NCBI GenBank assembly: GCA_019704295.1
Contig: AP024596.1
Span: forward strand, 224,001-288,000
From: Sulfolobales archaeon HS-7
GTDB lineage: Archaea > Thermoproteota > Thermoprotei_A > Sulfolobales > Sulfolobaceae
Length of the DNA: 64,000 nt
Reading direction: 5' to 3'
Shown here: piece after piece, positions 18,990 through 30,713 of the stretch
Position numbering within the stretch: the stretch's first letter is position 1
How the letters are laid out: each line of letters starts with the position of its first letter
Made by a program: the position numbers and the translations under genes
Notes under the pieces: generated by a model
Databases searched by the model: none
Seen by the model: the letters and a program-made list of their open reading frames with translations, nothing else
What the model was told of the DNA's origin: nothing

Positions 18990-20823
18990 ATCCCAATGCC
19001 CTCTTTATTTCCTCGAGACTGGAAATGTCATCTAGTGTAGAAATATCTCCTATTTCCTCTCTATTTGCTACCGCCCTTATAAGTCTTCTCATTATTTTTC
19101 CGCTTTTAGTCTTGGGCAATCTCTTAACGAATCTGACGTCATGAAGTATCGAACCGGAGTTCCTCACATAATCCTTAAGCTCATTCGCTATAACGTCTCC
19201 TGCTTCACCTCTAGGCACTATAAGGGCAATTATCTTACCATCCTTAGTTCCTGATACAGCAACCTCAGCTACCCTCGGATTTTTGGCTAATATTCCCTCT
19301 ATCTCCATCGTCCCTATCCGAGAGCCCTCAGCTGTAATTACGTCATCAGCTCTACCCAGAACGTATAAGTATCCTTCATCGTCGTAATATCCGAAGTCTC
19401 CTGTGTAGAACCTGCCTGGGAATCTCAACCAGTAGGACTTCTGTAACCTTTCTCCTGAAGGATCGTTCCACATTTTAGCCATAGCCGGGTTGGGTAAGGT
19501 AAGAACTATGTAACCCTTCCTATCGGGTGGAAGGGGGGTACCATCATCATCTACTACTGCAAATTCAGAACCTGGGAATCCCGTTCCTGCTGAACCGGGT
19601 TTAAACGGTATTTCCCCTAATCCATAAGGAGTAGCCGCTAGAGGAAGTAGGTGTTCCGTCATCCAGTATGCATCTCCTATAGTAACTCCGGGTAAGTGGT
19701 TGACAAGCCAATCCCACGCTCCAGGGTTAAGCGTTTCTCCTGTATTCAAGATCATCCTTAGCGTATCAACGCCTCTAACCGACTCCTCTCCTAACGCCTT
19801 TAACGTATAAAGGGACGTTGTAGATGACCAGATTAAGGTTATCCCAAATTTCCTAACTATTGATGCGAAAGTGTTAAGCTTATAATTAATTGCCCCCTCG
19901 TAAAGAACACCCGTCAGCCCCATGTAAGGAATGGTGTAAAGGTTTGCCATCGGCCATACTGGCCATCCTAATTCGGATATTGTCCACCATATATCATCCT
20001 CCGTGGGCGCCATGAGGGCGTTGAATGCCCAGTTTAGTGCAACGGGCAATCCCGCCGTTGTGTGATACAATCCCTTCGGTCTTCCAGTAGTTCCAGATGT
20101 ATAATATATTGTGAGGGGGTGATTTGCTTCAACTTCCACAGGAGATACATATTCGTCAACATATTCTCCTACTACGTCCCTCTCTGCCTTTAACGAGAGC
20201 TCGTCACCCTTTCTAGGAACTACGATAACTTTCTCGATTGGATTCTCCCTTTCCAGAACTTTATCCACGAAGCCCTTTATGTTAATTTCATTTCCTCCTC
20301 TTATCGTTTTAGGAGTCGTAATGAAAAATCTCGAATTGCTATCCTTAAGTCTGTAAGCGAGAGTTTCCTCGCTCAACCCTATGTAGTGTATTACCAGAAT
20401 CGCACCAAGTCTGTGAATTGCCAGGGACCAAATCACAGCTTCTGGAGATGATGGCATCATTAGGGATACTGTGTCTCCTTTACTCACGCCAAGTTCTCTC
20501 AGAAAAGCCGCAGCACCATTTACTTTCCTGTAGAGTTCCCCATAACTTATTCCACGGTCCTCTCCCTTTTCATTAGTGTAATAGAACGCAACCCTGTTTT
20601 TTAGTTTTGGAATGTGTCTGTCTACTGCATTAAAACTCACGTTAGTAGTGCCTCCAACAAACCAATTAACTAACGGAGGCTCCCCTTCGAGCACTTTTAC
20701 CGGAGACTTGAACCATGAAATGGCCTTCGCTTTGTCTTCCCAGAACTCCTCGAGGTTTTCTTTAGCATATTGTCTTAGCGTTTTTAATCGATCTACAGAG
20801 TAGAGTTTCATATGCGATATCAA
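18982..20823 (-). CDS. AMP-forming acyl-CoA synthetase (acetyl/propionyl-CoA synthetase-like, divergent)
   Basis: YYTSGTTGRPKG, YWMTE, FYTGD, GRADD, LPKTKSGKIMRR. Confidence 0.88.
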   Translation of the reverse strand: MISHMKLYSVDRLKTLRQYAKENLEEFWEDKAKAISWFKSPVKVLEGEPPLVNWFVGGTTNVSFNAVDRHIPKLKNRVAFYYTNEKGEDRGISYGELYRKVNGAAAFLRELGVSKGDTVSLMMPSSPEAVIWSLAIHRLGAILVIHYIGLSEETLAYRLKDSNSRFFITTPKTIRGGNEINIKGFVDKVLERENPIEKVIVVPRKGDELSLKAERDVVGEYVDEYVSPVEVEANHPLTIYYTSGTTGRPKGLYHTTAGLPVALNWAFNALMAPTEDDIWWTISELGWPVWPMANLYTIPYMGLTGVLYEGAINYKLNTFASIVRKFGITLIWSSTTSLYTLKALGEESVRGVDTLRMILNTGETLNPGAWDWLVNHLPGVTIGDAYWMTEHLLPLAATPYGLGEIPFKPGSAGTGFPGSEFAVVDDDGTPLPPDRKGYIVLTLPNPAMAKMWNDPSGERLQKSYWLRFPGRFYTGDFGYYDDEGYLYVLGRADDVITAEGSRIGTMEIEGILAKNPRVAEVAVSGTKDGKIIALIVPRGEAGDVIANELKDYVRNSGSILHDVRFVKRLPKTKSGKIMRRLIRAVANREEIGDISTLDDISSLEEIKRALGYE

Positions 20824-21069
20824 ATTAATACATTATAAGTTTTTATACTTCGGTTCCCAGGCGTACTTGCACATAGCATCGTGAAAACACTTCAAAAAAT
20901 CTATGTCGGTTTGGTCCGTATAAGTTCGTAATGGTAAAGCAGATGTCACGCCGGATAATACAAACAAAAGTTTTTATCGGATTTACGTGGACACTGTGTG
21001 TTGTTTGCCATTTAATATTGACGATAAAGATACTACTAAAAATTTTTTAGAAATAATTCGAATTATATC

Positions 21070-23064
21070 TTACTTCCTAACCTGCTCCTTGAACTCGTGA
21101 AGAGCTTTCTTTACTTCCTCTACTGAAGCTTCATCCTCTAACGTTGTTACATCTCCTACTGGAGAATCCGTAGCTACCGACTTTATTACCCTCCTCATTA
21201 TCTTTCCGCTCCTCGTCTTGGGTAGTTTATTTACGAAGTGAATCTCCTTAAATACTGCGATTGGACTGTAGTTTTCCCTTACAAAGTTAATAAGTTCCTT
21301 ACTAAGCTCCTCGCTTGGTTCGACATTGGATCTCAAGATAATGAATGCTTCAGCAACTTCCCCTCTCACTTGATCAGGAACTCCTACAACTGCTGCCTCG
21401 GCTACGGCTGGATGTTGAATTAAGGCAGATTCCAGTTCGTAAGTCCCGATTCTATGTCCCGCGATCTTTAGCACTTCGTCAGCTCGTCCTAGTATCCAAA
21501 AGTAACCGTCCTGATCCTTTATAGCGTAATCCCCAGCATAGAATGAGTTAGGATATTTACTCCAATACACCTTAACATACCTCTCAGGGTCCTTATTAAT
21601 AGTAAGCGGCATTCCAGGCCAGGGTTTAGTGATCACCAAATATCCTTTCTTTCCCTCTGGCACTGGTTTACCCACCTCATCGAAGACGTTTGCCTCAATT
21701 CCGAAGAGCGGCGGACCGTTGGTGCCCGGCTTCATTGAAACTAGGTAGCTACCTGGTGCATGTGAAATCATGATGCCTCCTGTCTCAGTCATCCACCACG
21801 TGCTTCCAAACGGAGCTTTACCCCTCCCGACCAGCTTGTGGAACCATCTCCAAGCTTCTGGATTTATTGGCTCTCCGACAGAGTGTATGAGCCTTATACT
21901 GGTTACATCGTGTTTCGTGATCCACTTTTCTCCCTGCTTCATAAAGGTCCTTATCGCCGTTGGTGAGGTATATAGGATAGAAACCTGGTGTCTCTCCACT
22001 ATTGAAACCCATCTGTCTGGTTCTGGATAGTCCATAGCACCCTCGTACATAACTTCTGTAGCTCCTTCCTGAAGGGGACCGAATACTATGTAAGAGTGCC
22101 CAGTAACCCACCCAATATCAGCGGTGCACCAGAAGATATCGTCGTCCCTAACATCGAACACATGCTTCATCGTAGAGTGTAAAAGCGTCAAATATCCACC
22201 TGTATCATGCACAATTCCCTTGGGCTTTCCCGTTGTTCCAGAGGTGTAAAGTATATAGAGGGGACTTTCGCTTTTCATTCTCTCTGGTTCCACATACGCG
22301 TTCCCCGGAACTTCGGACATTACATCATGAAGGTAAGCATCTCTATCTTGCTTCATACTTATTTCGGTACCTGTTCTCTTAACTACCAGAACTTTCTTGA
22401 CGGTTTTTGCGGATTCGAGCGCTCTATCAACCACCTCCTTTAACGGAACTACTTTCCCTCTCCTCCATCCTCCATCTGCGGTGACTATGAGTTTTGCATC
22501 GGCATCGTTCATCCTATCTGCAACCGCTTGGGAACTGAATCCGGAGAAGACGACCGTAAATACGACGCCTATCCTTGCTGCGGCTAGCATAAAAATGGGT
22601 AACTCAGGTATCATTGGCAAGTAGATCCCTATTGTATCTCCTCTCTTAAGACCGTAGATCTCCTTTAGCAAATGGGCTACTCGATTTACTTCCCTGTATA
22701 AGTCAAGATAGGTAAATTTTCTCACTTCTTTAGGCCCGTTTTCCCAGGGTTCTCCCTCCCATATTATCGCTACTTTATTTCTTCTCCAAGAGTTCGCATG
22801 TCTATCTACGGTTAGGTATGAGGCATTAAGCTCGCCTCCTACAAACCACTTGTAAAATGGCGGATCCGAGTCGTCAAGAGTTTTTTCCCACGGTTTAAAC
22901 CAATCTAGTTCCTTTGCTATTGATTCCCAGTACTCCCTGCTGTTTTCAATAGTCATCCTATGTATTCTCATATACTCCTCAGGTGAAACTAGACGGTGCC
23001 TAAGGAGTTCGGGAATTATTTTATCTTGAAAAGGCAGATTAGACGGATTTTCCATATAAGACAT
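21070..23064 (-). CDS. acs: Acetate--CoA ligase (AMP-forming)
   Basis: YTSGTTGKPKG, WCTADIGWVTGHSYIVFGPL, TWWMTETGG, LPKTRSGKIMRR. Confidence 0.92.
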   Translation of the reverse strand: MSYMENPSNLPFQDKIIPELLRHRLVSPEEYMRIHRMTIENSREYWESIAKELDWFKPWEKTLDDSDPPFYKWFVGGELNASYLTVDRHANSWRRNKVAIIWEGEPWENGPKEVRKFTYLDLYREVNRVAHLLKEIYGLKRGDTIGIYLPMIPELPIFMLAAARIGVVFTVVFSGFSSQAVADRMNDADAKLIVTADGGWRRGKVVPLKEVVDRALESAKTVKKVLVVKRTGTEISMKQDRDAYLHDVMSEVPGNAYVEPERMKSESPLYILYTSGTTGKPKGIVHDTGGYLTLLHSTMKHVFDVRDDDIFWCTADIGWVTGHSYIVFGPLQEGATEVMYEGAMDYPEPDRWVSIVERHQVSILYTSPTAIRTFMKQGEKWITKHDVTSIRLIHSVGEPINPEAWRWFHKLVGRGKAPFGSTWWMTETGGIMISHAPGSYLVSMKPGTNGPPLFGIEANVFDEVGKPVPEGKKGYLVITKPWPGMPLTINKDPERYVKVYWSKYPNSFYAGDYAIKDQDGYFWILGRADEVLKIAGHRIGTYELESALIQHPAVAEAAVVGVPDQVRGEVAEAFIILRSNVEPSEELSKELINFVRENYSPIAVFKEIHFVNKLPKTRSGKIMRRVIKSVATDSPVGDVTTLEDEASVEEVKKALHEFKEQVRK

Positions 23065-23397
23065 ATATCTTAAAAATTAATACTATAAACCTAACGTAAC
23101 AGCGTAGTCTAGAGAGGATCGAATATAATCCTTTTCTTATGGACATCCTCATCTTCCGATATCCCCTCTGAAGTGGAAACATAAAGAATTAGAATACGTG
23201 AAATACTTAAACTAGGAAAAGTAATTAGACACGAAAGAGTACACCCATAAATCCCAACACCTCAGCCTGCTTAAGCGGACTTAAACCATGTTCTAAACTG
23301 AAGCAAAGATGAGAAAGATCACGGTAAATTCTGATAAGGGAATTTTCAATCAACTGCTATTGATTATTCACTCAAAATGTTATTTATCAATACCTTC

Positions 23398-23558
23398 GGG
23401 CCGTTCACGCTCTCATTGAGAATTGTAATTTATGGGAAAGTGTAATAAAATACAGTAAATTGCTAAGTTTAAATCCCGACAGTTACTGCAGTAGTATTGA
23501 ATTAGATTTGTCATAGTTATTGAAAGTAACTGAATTCAAAAGGAGACGTGAATAGCCC
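23398..23558. mobile_element. 161-bp MITE with IS256-type TIRs, copy 2
   Basis: TIRs gggccgttcacgctctc / ggagacgtgaatagccc. The internal cattgagaattgtaat...aaattgctaag...attgaatta is shared with the other copies. Confidence 0.75.
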
Positions 23559-23690
23559 AAAAGTATAGTCGTTATTCTGCATGCGGTAGACATTACCTTG
23601 AGAGAGTCTAATATTACTACATGAAAAAGAATAGGGCTACTAACAAACGTTAAGCGTTTTATCATTAAAGCGAAATTACTCTAGATAGTC

Positions 23691-23972
23691 TTGAGAAGAA
23701 TTAGTTACGAATTATTTGTAAATTATGGGAGGAGCGTGGGAGCTGTAACAGAGAGAGATAACCGCATAGAGATAACCTTTACTCCACCTACAGTTTCAGA
23801 TGCTGCAGAGACAGGGGATGTAGATGAGGTGCCCCCAGTTTACGTAATCGTAGCGGAGAGGAAGGGAGATGAGGTGGAGGTACAAGAAGTTAAGATCGAG
23901 TCTGAAAAGGGGAAACGTTACCTTACAGCGGAGGAAATAGAATTCTGGGTTGAGTCGGTATTTAGAGAGTAA
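23691..23972 (+). CDS. Hypothetical protein (93 aa)
   Basis: Clean ORF with upstream TATA and protein-like composition. Confidence 0.7.
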   Translation: MRRISYELFVNYGRSVGAVTERDNRIEITFTPPTVSDAAETGDVDEVPPVYVIVAERKGDEVEVQEVKIESEKGKRYLTAEEIEFWVESVFRE

Positions 23973-24001
23973 TTTATTTTATGTAAAAACACATCTATTC
24001 T

Positions 24002-24904
24002 ATGAAGCGCTCTACTAGCTACATCGTGGCTCTTTCCCTTACGATAATTATAGCTTTCATCCTACTTGGATTAGCCGTCTACACATTAGTAGGTCTCAAA
24101 GTGTTACCAGTATCAGACTCGATAATTTTCTACGCTGTGATTATTGCAGGTGGGGGCACTGTAATTACGCTATTTCTCTCATCAATGATGAAAAGGCTTT
24201 CTGACGTTGTGGGTGAGGCCAATTCCAGTGTTCTGCAGTTTTTAGTAAGGCTATTAGGTTTCATAATAACGGCTGTTGCCCTACTTTCTCTGTTTAAGGT
24301 AAGTGCGGACTTAGCTTATTTCGGAGGGACAGCTATAGGACTTATTCTCGGATTAGCTTCACAGGACGTCCTTTCTAATATATTTGGGGGCTTAGTAATT
24401 CTATTCTCTAGACCATTTAAGGTAGGGGACAGGGTCACAATTTCCACATGGCAGTACGGTCTTCTTGCACCTACCTATCAACCGAAGTTTTGGTCAAATG
24501 ATTTCCTTATTCCCGGATATACCGGAAGAATTACCGAAATAGCACTAATGTATACCACCGTTATAACTGACGAGAATATCCCGCTAAAGATACCTAACAG
24601 CATCATGGTTCAGGCTGCGGTTTTCATTCACGGTGCAAATGAACATAGAGTGGTGCGCACCAAATATGAAATTCCTAAAGACATAGAACCTGATCTGGCG
24701 ATCTCCGAACTTAAGAGGGAACTCTCTAAATTAGATGTATTTGCAAGGGAACCTGAAATAAGGATATTAGATACTACGCTTAACACCTACGTTATTGTAA
24801 TTGAGGCATTGTGTAAAGGGGAATTTGAAGAGCCTCCACGAAGTGAAATAATTAAAATCGTAATGAGAACTGTGAGACAGTTACAGCTGGCTAAACAACG
24901 CTAA
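24002..24904 (+). CDS. Small-conductance mechanosensitive channel (MscS family)
   Basis: GLASQDVLSNIFGGLVILFSRPFKVGDRV and IPNS. Confidence 0.92.
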   Translation: MKRSTSYIVALSLTIIIAFILLGLAVYTLVGLKVLPVSDSIIFYAVIIAGGGTVITLFLSSMMKRLSDVVGEANSSVLQFLVRLLGFIITAVALLSLFKVSADLAYFGGTAIGLILGLASQDVLSNIFGGLVILFSRPFKVGDRVTISTWQYGLLAPTYQPKFWSNDFLIPGYTGRITEIALMYTTVITDENIPLKIPNSIMVQAAVFIHGANEHRVVRTKYEIPKDIEPDLAISELKRELSKLDVFAREPEIRILDTTLNTYVIVIEALCKGEFEEPPRSEIIKIVMRTVRQLQLAKQR

Positions 24905-24934
24905 CCTTTTTTCCTATTCAGAAGAAGGACGAAT

Positions 24935-25948
24935 ATGGTAACGGTAATTCTCGGAGGGGGTTTCGCAGGAGTATCGGCGAAACTGAGATGTAGAGAGTGC
25001 GTACTAGTTGATAAGAGTGACTATTTCATCAATACTAGTAAACTGGTTGATGTCGTGGAAGGTAAAAACCCAGAATACTGTAAGATAAAGAGAAGGGCTG
25101 ACATCCAAGCGGAAGTGATCTCTGTTAACTACAGGGAGAGGAAAATAGTCATAAGTGAGGGACAGTTGCATTACGATAAATTAATTGTAGCTCTGGGATA
25201 CGTCCAAGACGTCTCCAGGATTAAGGGGGCAGAGAAGTTCGGGTACAGACTGTCAACAATGGAGGAAGCAATGAAACTTAGGGAGTTAAACAGGAAGGAT
25301 AAAACCGCAGTTATCATTGGTGGAGGTTCCCTTGGAGTTGAGCTAGCAGGAGTATGGAAGGGGAAAGTTAAGATCGTAGAAGGAGGAAAGGGATTAGTAT
25401 CATTCCTTGGTAGCGAAGTTTCAAAATACGCTGAGAAGAAATTAACGGAGAGCGGAGGTGAGGTGATAGTGGATGCACAGGTAGAGGAGGTTAAGGAAAG
25501 GGAGTTAGTAACTAGTCAGGGAACAATTCCTTATGACGTGTTAATCATTACAATAGGGATTTCTCCAAGTCCATTAATTAAAAATTCAGGGTTTCAGAAC
25601 AAGGGCGGTAGGATGTTAGTCGATAAATACCTTAGATCGATTGACGACGAGAACGTATTTGGAGTTGGTGATTGTGCCGTCGGAAACGATTACTTCTGGC
25701 CGATGTCTGCACAAATAGCGTTACAATCCGGTGAGATCGCTGCCCAAAACATTATGGGAAAGAATATCGAATTTACACCAAAACAAGAAGCGGTGGTTCT
25801 AAGGATTGGCCAAGAATACTTTGGGACTTTTAGAGGGAAGTTCGTTCAAGGTAAAACTGCATCTCTACTCAAACATTTAGCGATTATTAACAGCAACTTC
25901 AGGGCTTCCCTTTCCAACTTCACGCAGTTAACTGCACCTGTGACATAA
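24935..25948 (+). CDS. NAD(P)/FAD-dependent oxidoreductase (type II NADH dehydrogenase-like)
   Basis: [37 protein letters not shown]. Confidence 0.85.
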   Translation: MVTVILGGGFAGVSAKLRCRECVLVDKSDYFINTSKLVDVVEGKNPEYCKIKRRADIQAEVISVNYRERKIVISEGQLHYDKLIVALGYVQDVSRIKGAEKFGYRLSTMEEAMKLRELNRKDKTAVIIGGGSLGVELAGVWKGKVKIVEGGKGLVSFLGSEVSKYAEKKLTESGGEVIVDAQVEEVKERELVTSQGTIPYDVLIITIGISPSPLIKNSGFQNKGGRMLVDKYLRSIDDENVFGVGDCAVGNDYFWPMSAQIALQSGEIAAQNIMGKNIEFTPKQEAVVLRIGQEYFGTFRGKFVQGKTASLLKHLAIINSNFRASLSNFTQLTAPVT

Positions 25949-26834
25949 GTTCTTTAAACGTCTTGTGAAAGTCCCTCAATGCAGCGTTAAAGCTCTCTCT
26001 ATCTTTTTCACTTAGGGTTGATTCGAGTGTAGGTCCGATAGATGCCCCAACAACGGTTGGAATTCCAACGTGAATCATCTCTCCCTCGAACTCGTTGGGA
26101 ACAGCTATACTCATCACTCTATTCTCGTTCTTAACTACAGACCTCACTATGTCCTTTATTATAGTTGCCGGTCCCCACGTCGTACCCTTCAATACCCTTA
26201 TTATTTCCGCCGGTATCTTCTTAACATACTCCTCGACTTCTTTCTTATCTATGTTATATTGTTCGATAGGTTTTCCTTTTACTGTTACAGTACTCCAAAA
26301 GATCACCGCGTCCTCTCCGTGTTCGCCCCCTACAAAACCATTAACTTGTGTAACTGGAACTTTCAGCTTCTTAGCTATATAGGACCTCATTCTCATTGTC
26401 TCGACTTGATCCCCAGTACTGATCGTAAATTGTTTTGAGTACTTCTGAAATACAGAGGCCATCATGTCCACCGGATTTGTCACCATTATGTAAAGCGCTC
26501 CGGGATTCCTGTTAGGTAGTTGCTTGCTTAACTCGAACATCAGCTTTGCATTATCGGCAAATAGATCCCTTCTACTCATACCCTCCTTTCGTGGTTTCCC
26601 TGCTGTGATTACAATTATGTCGTAGTTGTTAATATCGTCTATATTCGTAGTTCCTAGCATTTCAACGTTTAACCCCCTCGTTGTCACGGCATGCCTCATT
26701 TCGTGCTCAAACTTTTCGCCTACCTCAGGTACTATGTCGTAAAATACGGCCTCGTTTGCTAAACCATCCATAACTATAGAGTAAGCAATCGTCTGACCTA
26801 TTTTTCCAACTCCAACAAAGCCTATTTTCGTCAT
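25920..26834 (-). CDS. mdh: Malate dehydrogenase (LDH-like)
   Basis: [32 protein letters not shown]. Likely start at ATG 26834. Confidence 0.9.
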   Translation of the reverse strand: MTKIGFVGVGKIGQTIAYSIVMDGLANEAVFYDIVPEVGEKFEHEMRHAVTTRGLNVEMLGTTNIDDINNYDIIVITAGKPRKEGMSRRDLFADNAKLMFELSKQLPNRNPGALYIMVTNPVDMMASVFQKYSKQFTISTGDQVETMRMRSYIAKKLKVPVTQVNGFVGGEHGEDAVIFWSTVTVKGKPIEQYNIDKKEVEEYVKKIPAEIIRVLKGTTWGPATIIKDIVRSVVKNENRVMSIAVPNEFEGEMIHVGIPTVVGASIGPTLESTLSEKDRESFNAALRDFHKTFKELMSQVQLTA

Positions 26835-26887
26835 GATGAACGTGTAAAACTCCAAAAATATAAACCTAACCGTCCATAGTATCGAAT

Positions 26888-28156
26888 ATGTCTCTAGAAG
26901 AGGAATTAGTTAGCTCGATTGTAAACTTAAAGGACATTGAATTAGAGGAAAAGATCAAGCATGAAATTAGAAGAAGGGTTCTTGACTCCCTAGGAGTAGC
27001 TATTGCATCCTCGTCATCTCCCCCCGCCGAAGCTACTAAAAGGCTAATGAATTATTTTCCTGGTAAGGTATCTACAATTACAGGTGAATTGACAACTGTC
27101 GACTTAGCGGGATTTTACAACACTTTACTAATAAGATACCAGGACTTCAACGATACATACCTATCCAAAGAGCCTTTACATCCAAGTGATATGATAGGAG
27201 GTATTTTAGCAGTTGATAACGCCTTCAGGATAACCGATTTATATAAGGCAATAGCAATAGCCTATGAGGTTGGAGTGAGCCTATGTGATGCGGAGACCCT
27301 TAGAACTAAGGGGTTCGACCACGTCAATTACCTCCAATTAGCCGAGACAGCCGGACTTGGTGTTGCTCTTAACCTGACCGAGGACGAAGTTCGCAACGCA
27401 ATGGCTATTTCCTTGGTCCCTAATGTAGCTTTGAGGGAAACCAGAGTGGGAACTCTCTCTATGTGGAAAGCTGGGGCTGCCGCGGACGCAATAAGGAAAT
27501 CCGTCTTCGCAACGTTGGCTGCCAAGTCAGGTTTTACCGGTCCTGAAAAGTTCCTCTCTGGAAAAATGGGATTCGCCCAACTGGTAAAGGGGGATTATCA
27601 AGAGATAGCGAAAATCAAAGACGTTTCCGGCATAGAGCGTACTCTTATGAAGAAGTACCCTGTGGAATACCACGCGCAAGCAGCTGTTCAAATATCTCTG
27701 AATATCCACAAAAAGGTGAGACCCAGTGATATAAACTCAGTGACAGTAGAGATTTACGAAGCTGGGAAGACGATTCTCGCAGATCCGGAAAAATGGAACC
27801 CTACCACAAAAGAAACAGCAGATCATAGCTTACCGTTTGTTGTAGCCGCTGCTCTTGTAACTGGAGACTTTTGGTTGGATACTTACAACTTAATTTTCGA
27901 TGAGAAGATCAGGGATGTAATGAAAAAGGTTAAGGTTGAGGAGAATTCTGAGTATACTAAAGTATATCCAGGGAAGCTCCCAACAAAAATCGTGGTAAAA
28001 ACTGCGTCAGGAACGACGGAGGAGGAGTTACAAGTTCCTCGCGGTCATTATCTGGATCCCATGTCGGACCAGGAGGTTGCGGACAAATTCTTAAGACTTA
28101 TAGGAAGGAACGATTTGGTTGAGAGGATAATGAAAAGGGGTATTTTAAATGGATAA
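26888..28156 (+). CDS. prpD: 2-methylcitrate dehydratase (MmgE/PrpD)
   Basis: RYQDFNDT...[31 protein letters not shown]. Confidence 0.9.
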   Translation: MSLEEELVSSIVNLKDIELEEKIKHEIRRRVLDSLGVAIASSSSPPAEATKRLMNYFPGKVSTITGELTTVDLAGFYNTLLIRYQDFNDTYLSKEPLHPSDMIGGILAVDNAFRITDLYKAIAIAYEVGVSLCDAETLRTKGFDHVNYLQLAETAGLGVALNLTEDEVRNAMAISLVPNVALRETRVGTLSMWKAGAAADAIRKSVFATLAAKSGFTGPEKFLSGKMGFAQLVKGDYQEIAKIKDVSGIERTLMKKYPVEYHAQAAVQISLNIHKKVRPSDINSVTVEIYEAGKTILADPEKWNPTTKETADHSLPFVVAAALVTGDFWLDTYNLIFDEKIRDVMKKVKVEENSEYTKVYPGKLPTKIVVKTASGTTEEELQVPRGHYLDPMSDQEVADKFLRLIGRNDLVERIMKRGILNG

Positions 28157-29006
28157 CCCCATCCTGTTAGAGGAGTTCATGATAATTCCGGGCGTGTTTG
28201 ACCCGTTTACTGCTCTCTTAGCTAAGAGAGAGGGGTTTAAGGCAGTTTACCTCTCAGGTGCGGCTTTAACCTCTTCTCTAGGACTTCCAGACCTTGGGGT
28301 CATCTCTTTATATGAACTAGCTGACGTAGTGAGGAAGATAAGGGAGGTAACTGATATACCGATAATAGTTGATGCAGATACGGGTTTCGGAGAGGCACTT
28401 AACGTTTACAGAACAGTTAGAGTGCTTGAAGCGGCTGGTGCATCAGCAATACAAATAGAGGATCAGGTTAATCCAAAGAGGTGCGGTCATTTGGACGGAA
28501 AGGAGGTAATAATCAAGGATCACATGAGGGAGAAAATAAGGGCTGCGCTAATGGCAAGAAAGAACTGCGCGATCATCGCTAGGACCGACTCAAGAGCTGT
28601 TGAAGGATTTGAGGCCGCAATTGAGAGGGCGAAAAATTACCTTGAGGAGGGGGCAGATATCATATTTCCTGAGGCATTAACATCCGAGGAGGAGTTCAGG
28701 AGTTTCGCCCAGGAAGTTAAAGCCCCTTTGTTAGCTAATATGACGGAATTCGGAAAAACCCCGCTAATTCCAGCGTCAAAATTTAGAGAAATGGGATATA
28801 AATACGTTATATTTCCAGTGACGTTACTAAGAGTTGCAGCGAAGGCAATGATTAAGGCCCTGCGAACACTTAGGGACTATGGTACGCAGGAATCCATAAT
28901 GTCCGACATGATAACTAGAAATGAGCAATATGACATCATTGGCTACCACTTTTATGAGAAGCTTGATAAGGACTTAAGTAAGGGAGATAGACGTCTGGCG
29001 AGATAG
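28149..29006 (+). CDS. prpB: Methylisocitrate lyase
   Basis: DADTGFG, IEDQVNPKRCGH, ARTD, LLANMTEFGKTP. Confidence 0.92.
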   Translation: MDNPILLEEFMIIPGVFDPFTALLAKREGFKAVYLSGAALTSSLGLPDLGVISLYELADVVRKIREVTDIPIIVDADTGFGEALNVYRTVRVLEAAGASAIQIEDQVNPKRCGHLDGKEVIIKDHMREKIRAALMARKNCAIIARTDSRAVEGFEAAIERAKNYLEEGADIIFPEALTSEEEFRSFAQEVKAPLLANMTEFGKTPLIPASKFREMGYKYVIFPVTLLRVAAKAMIKALRTLRDYGTQESIMSDMITRNEQYDIIGYHFYEKLDKDLSKGDRRLAR

Positions 29007-29024
29007 CGTTTAACTAGTTAAACG
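29007..29024. other. Perfect 18-bp palindrome immediately after the prpB stop
   Basis: CGTTTAACTAGTTAAACG. Confidence 0.6.
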
Positions 29025-29272
29025 AAGGCCTCACGTAATTAGGGTTATGAACAAACATTGTTTGCTTTCACAGGTTTGAAACTTCTTCTATAGATAAGAG
29101 ATGAAGAGTAGTTTATCGATATCGGTTAGGTACTGTACGTTTCTGACGGTTTTATTAATAATGACGAAATTTATATTCAACTAACAGAAAATTAGGGATT
29201 TTTTCCTAAACAAGTTCAAGAAATCCCACAGAAAGTTAAGTTAATAACGCGTAAACGACTTAATTATAATTA

Positions 29273-30169
29273 ATGAGTTCAGGCTCTCTTACTGAGAGGC
29301 TAATTGCTGAGATAACGGAGAATCCCGAACTAGCTGATAAGCTGAAAAAGCTCATAGAGAACGTTACATTAACGGAAATATCTAGAGAGCTTAAAATATA
29401 TAGACAGGACATTCAAAGGCTATCTGAGGAACAGACTAGGTTAGCCCAAGAACAGGTAAAGCTCAGGGAGGACTTCCAGAAGTTATCTGAGGAACAGACT
29501 AGGTTAGCCCAAGAACAGGTAAAGCTCAGGGAGGACTTCAACAAACTTTACCAAGAACAGGTAAAGCTTAGGGAGGACTTCCAGAAGTTATCTGAGGAAC
29601 AGACTAGGTTAGCCCAAGAACAGGTAAAGCTTAGGGAGGACTTCCAGAAGTTATCTGAGGAACAGACTAGGTTAGCCCAAGAACAGGTAAAGCTTAGGGA
29701 GGACTTCAACAAACTTTTGAATGAAGTAAAAGAGCTGAAACTCTCCTACAAGAGGCTAGATAAAAAAGTAGATAGAATGTTCGGAGCTATGTTAAAGGGA
29801 TTTACCGACTTATCCCAGTTTGCCGGAATGACTTTCGAAGAATTCGTGAGAAGATTTCTCGAAAATTACCTAAAGGATATGAAAATATTACCAAAAGATA
29901 AATCTTTGACCTCGACTATAATAGAAGGTGAGGAGATTGACGTTTTCAGCGAGGATCCCCCAATAATTGGTGAAGTTACTTCATTTACGCAATCTACTGA
30001 CGAAATTAACAAGATATTAAGGAAGGCTGAGGTATTTAGGAGAAAGTATGGGAAAGAACCGGCAAAGTACCTTATAATTATGACCACGAGGAAAAAAACC
30101 TATAGGGAACTTGAGGAGATGGCTAAGAAGTGGAATATTAACCTAATAGTGGGAAAGATCAGCGGGTAG
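29273..30169 (+). CDS. Coiled-coil heptad-repeat protein with C-terminal PD-(D/E)XK-like nuclease domain (DUF3782-like)
   Basis: LSEEQTRLAQEQVKLREDF(Q/N)K repeats, then FEEFVR...EIDVF...IIGEVT. Confidence 0.7.
   Translation: MSSGSLTERLIAEITENPELADKLKKLIENVTLTEISRELKIYRQDIQRLSEEQTRLAQEQVKLREDFQKLSEEQTRLAQEQVKLREDFNKLYQEQVKLREDFQKLSEEQTRLAQEQVKLREDFQKLSEEQTRLAQEQVKLREDFNKLLNEVKELKLSYKRLDKKVDRMFGAMLKGFTDLSQFAGMTFEEFVRRFLENYLKDMKILPKDKSLTSTIIEGEEIDVFSEDPPIIGEVTSFTQSTDEINKILRKAEVFRRKYGKEPAKYLIIMTTRKKTYRELEEMAKKWNINLIVGKISG
29420..29713 (+). repeat. Intragenic tandem repeat of 63-bp units (63+63+42+63+63)
   Basis: tatctgaggaacagactaggttagcccaagaacaggtaaagct(c/t)agggaggacttc repeated almost identically. 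Confidence 0.95.
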
Positions 30170-30713
30170 CGTAAAGTATGGGTCCACAGCTTAACTAACG
30201 TTAATTCCGTTTAAGGAAATTAAAATCTTAGAATTCCTTCGCAATTACATTCTTGAACTCGTTTATGATTTCCTCAAAAAAAATTCACTAATTAAGCCCA
30301 AATACTCTTGGTTGATTACGTATATAGGTAAATTAAAAGGTCGCTATATAACTTACTTGTAACCCTTTAGTTATCATTCTTAATAGGTCCTGTGGTACTT
30401 GTATCGCACTATAAAAATTTTGTTTATAAAGCAAATAACATTTATTGCGTAGCAAACAATGCCTTCTTTATTTACCTTCCTCTAAGAGCAAATGTTTATT
30501 TCCGCTACTTTAACGTAAATTTTGCGAGTTCTACTGTCGCTAGCTAGGTTTTATCATGTTTCCAAAGTACATTTTCAGTGAAATTTCAGTAACGTCACTA
30601 TCTGCAAATTCAATGTTAGCTTTTCCCCACTAATCTTTCGACCATCAACTATTATCAAGATAAATAAGCCCCGAGTTATAATCATTAACAACGAATAAAA
30701 TTTTTAATAAAAA

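Noticed and set aside
29420-29713. Possible CRISPR array
   Set aside because: The units are contiguous with no unique spacers and lie in frame within a coding gene.
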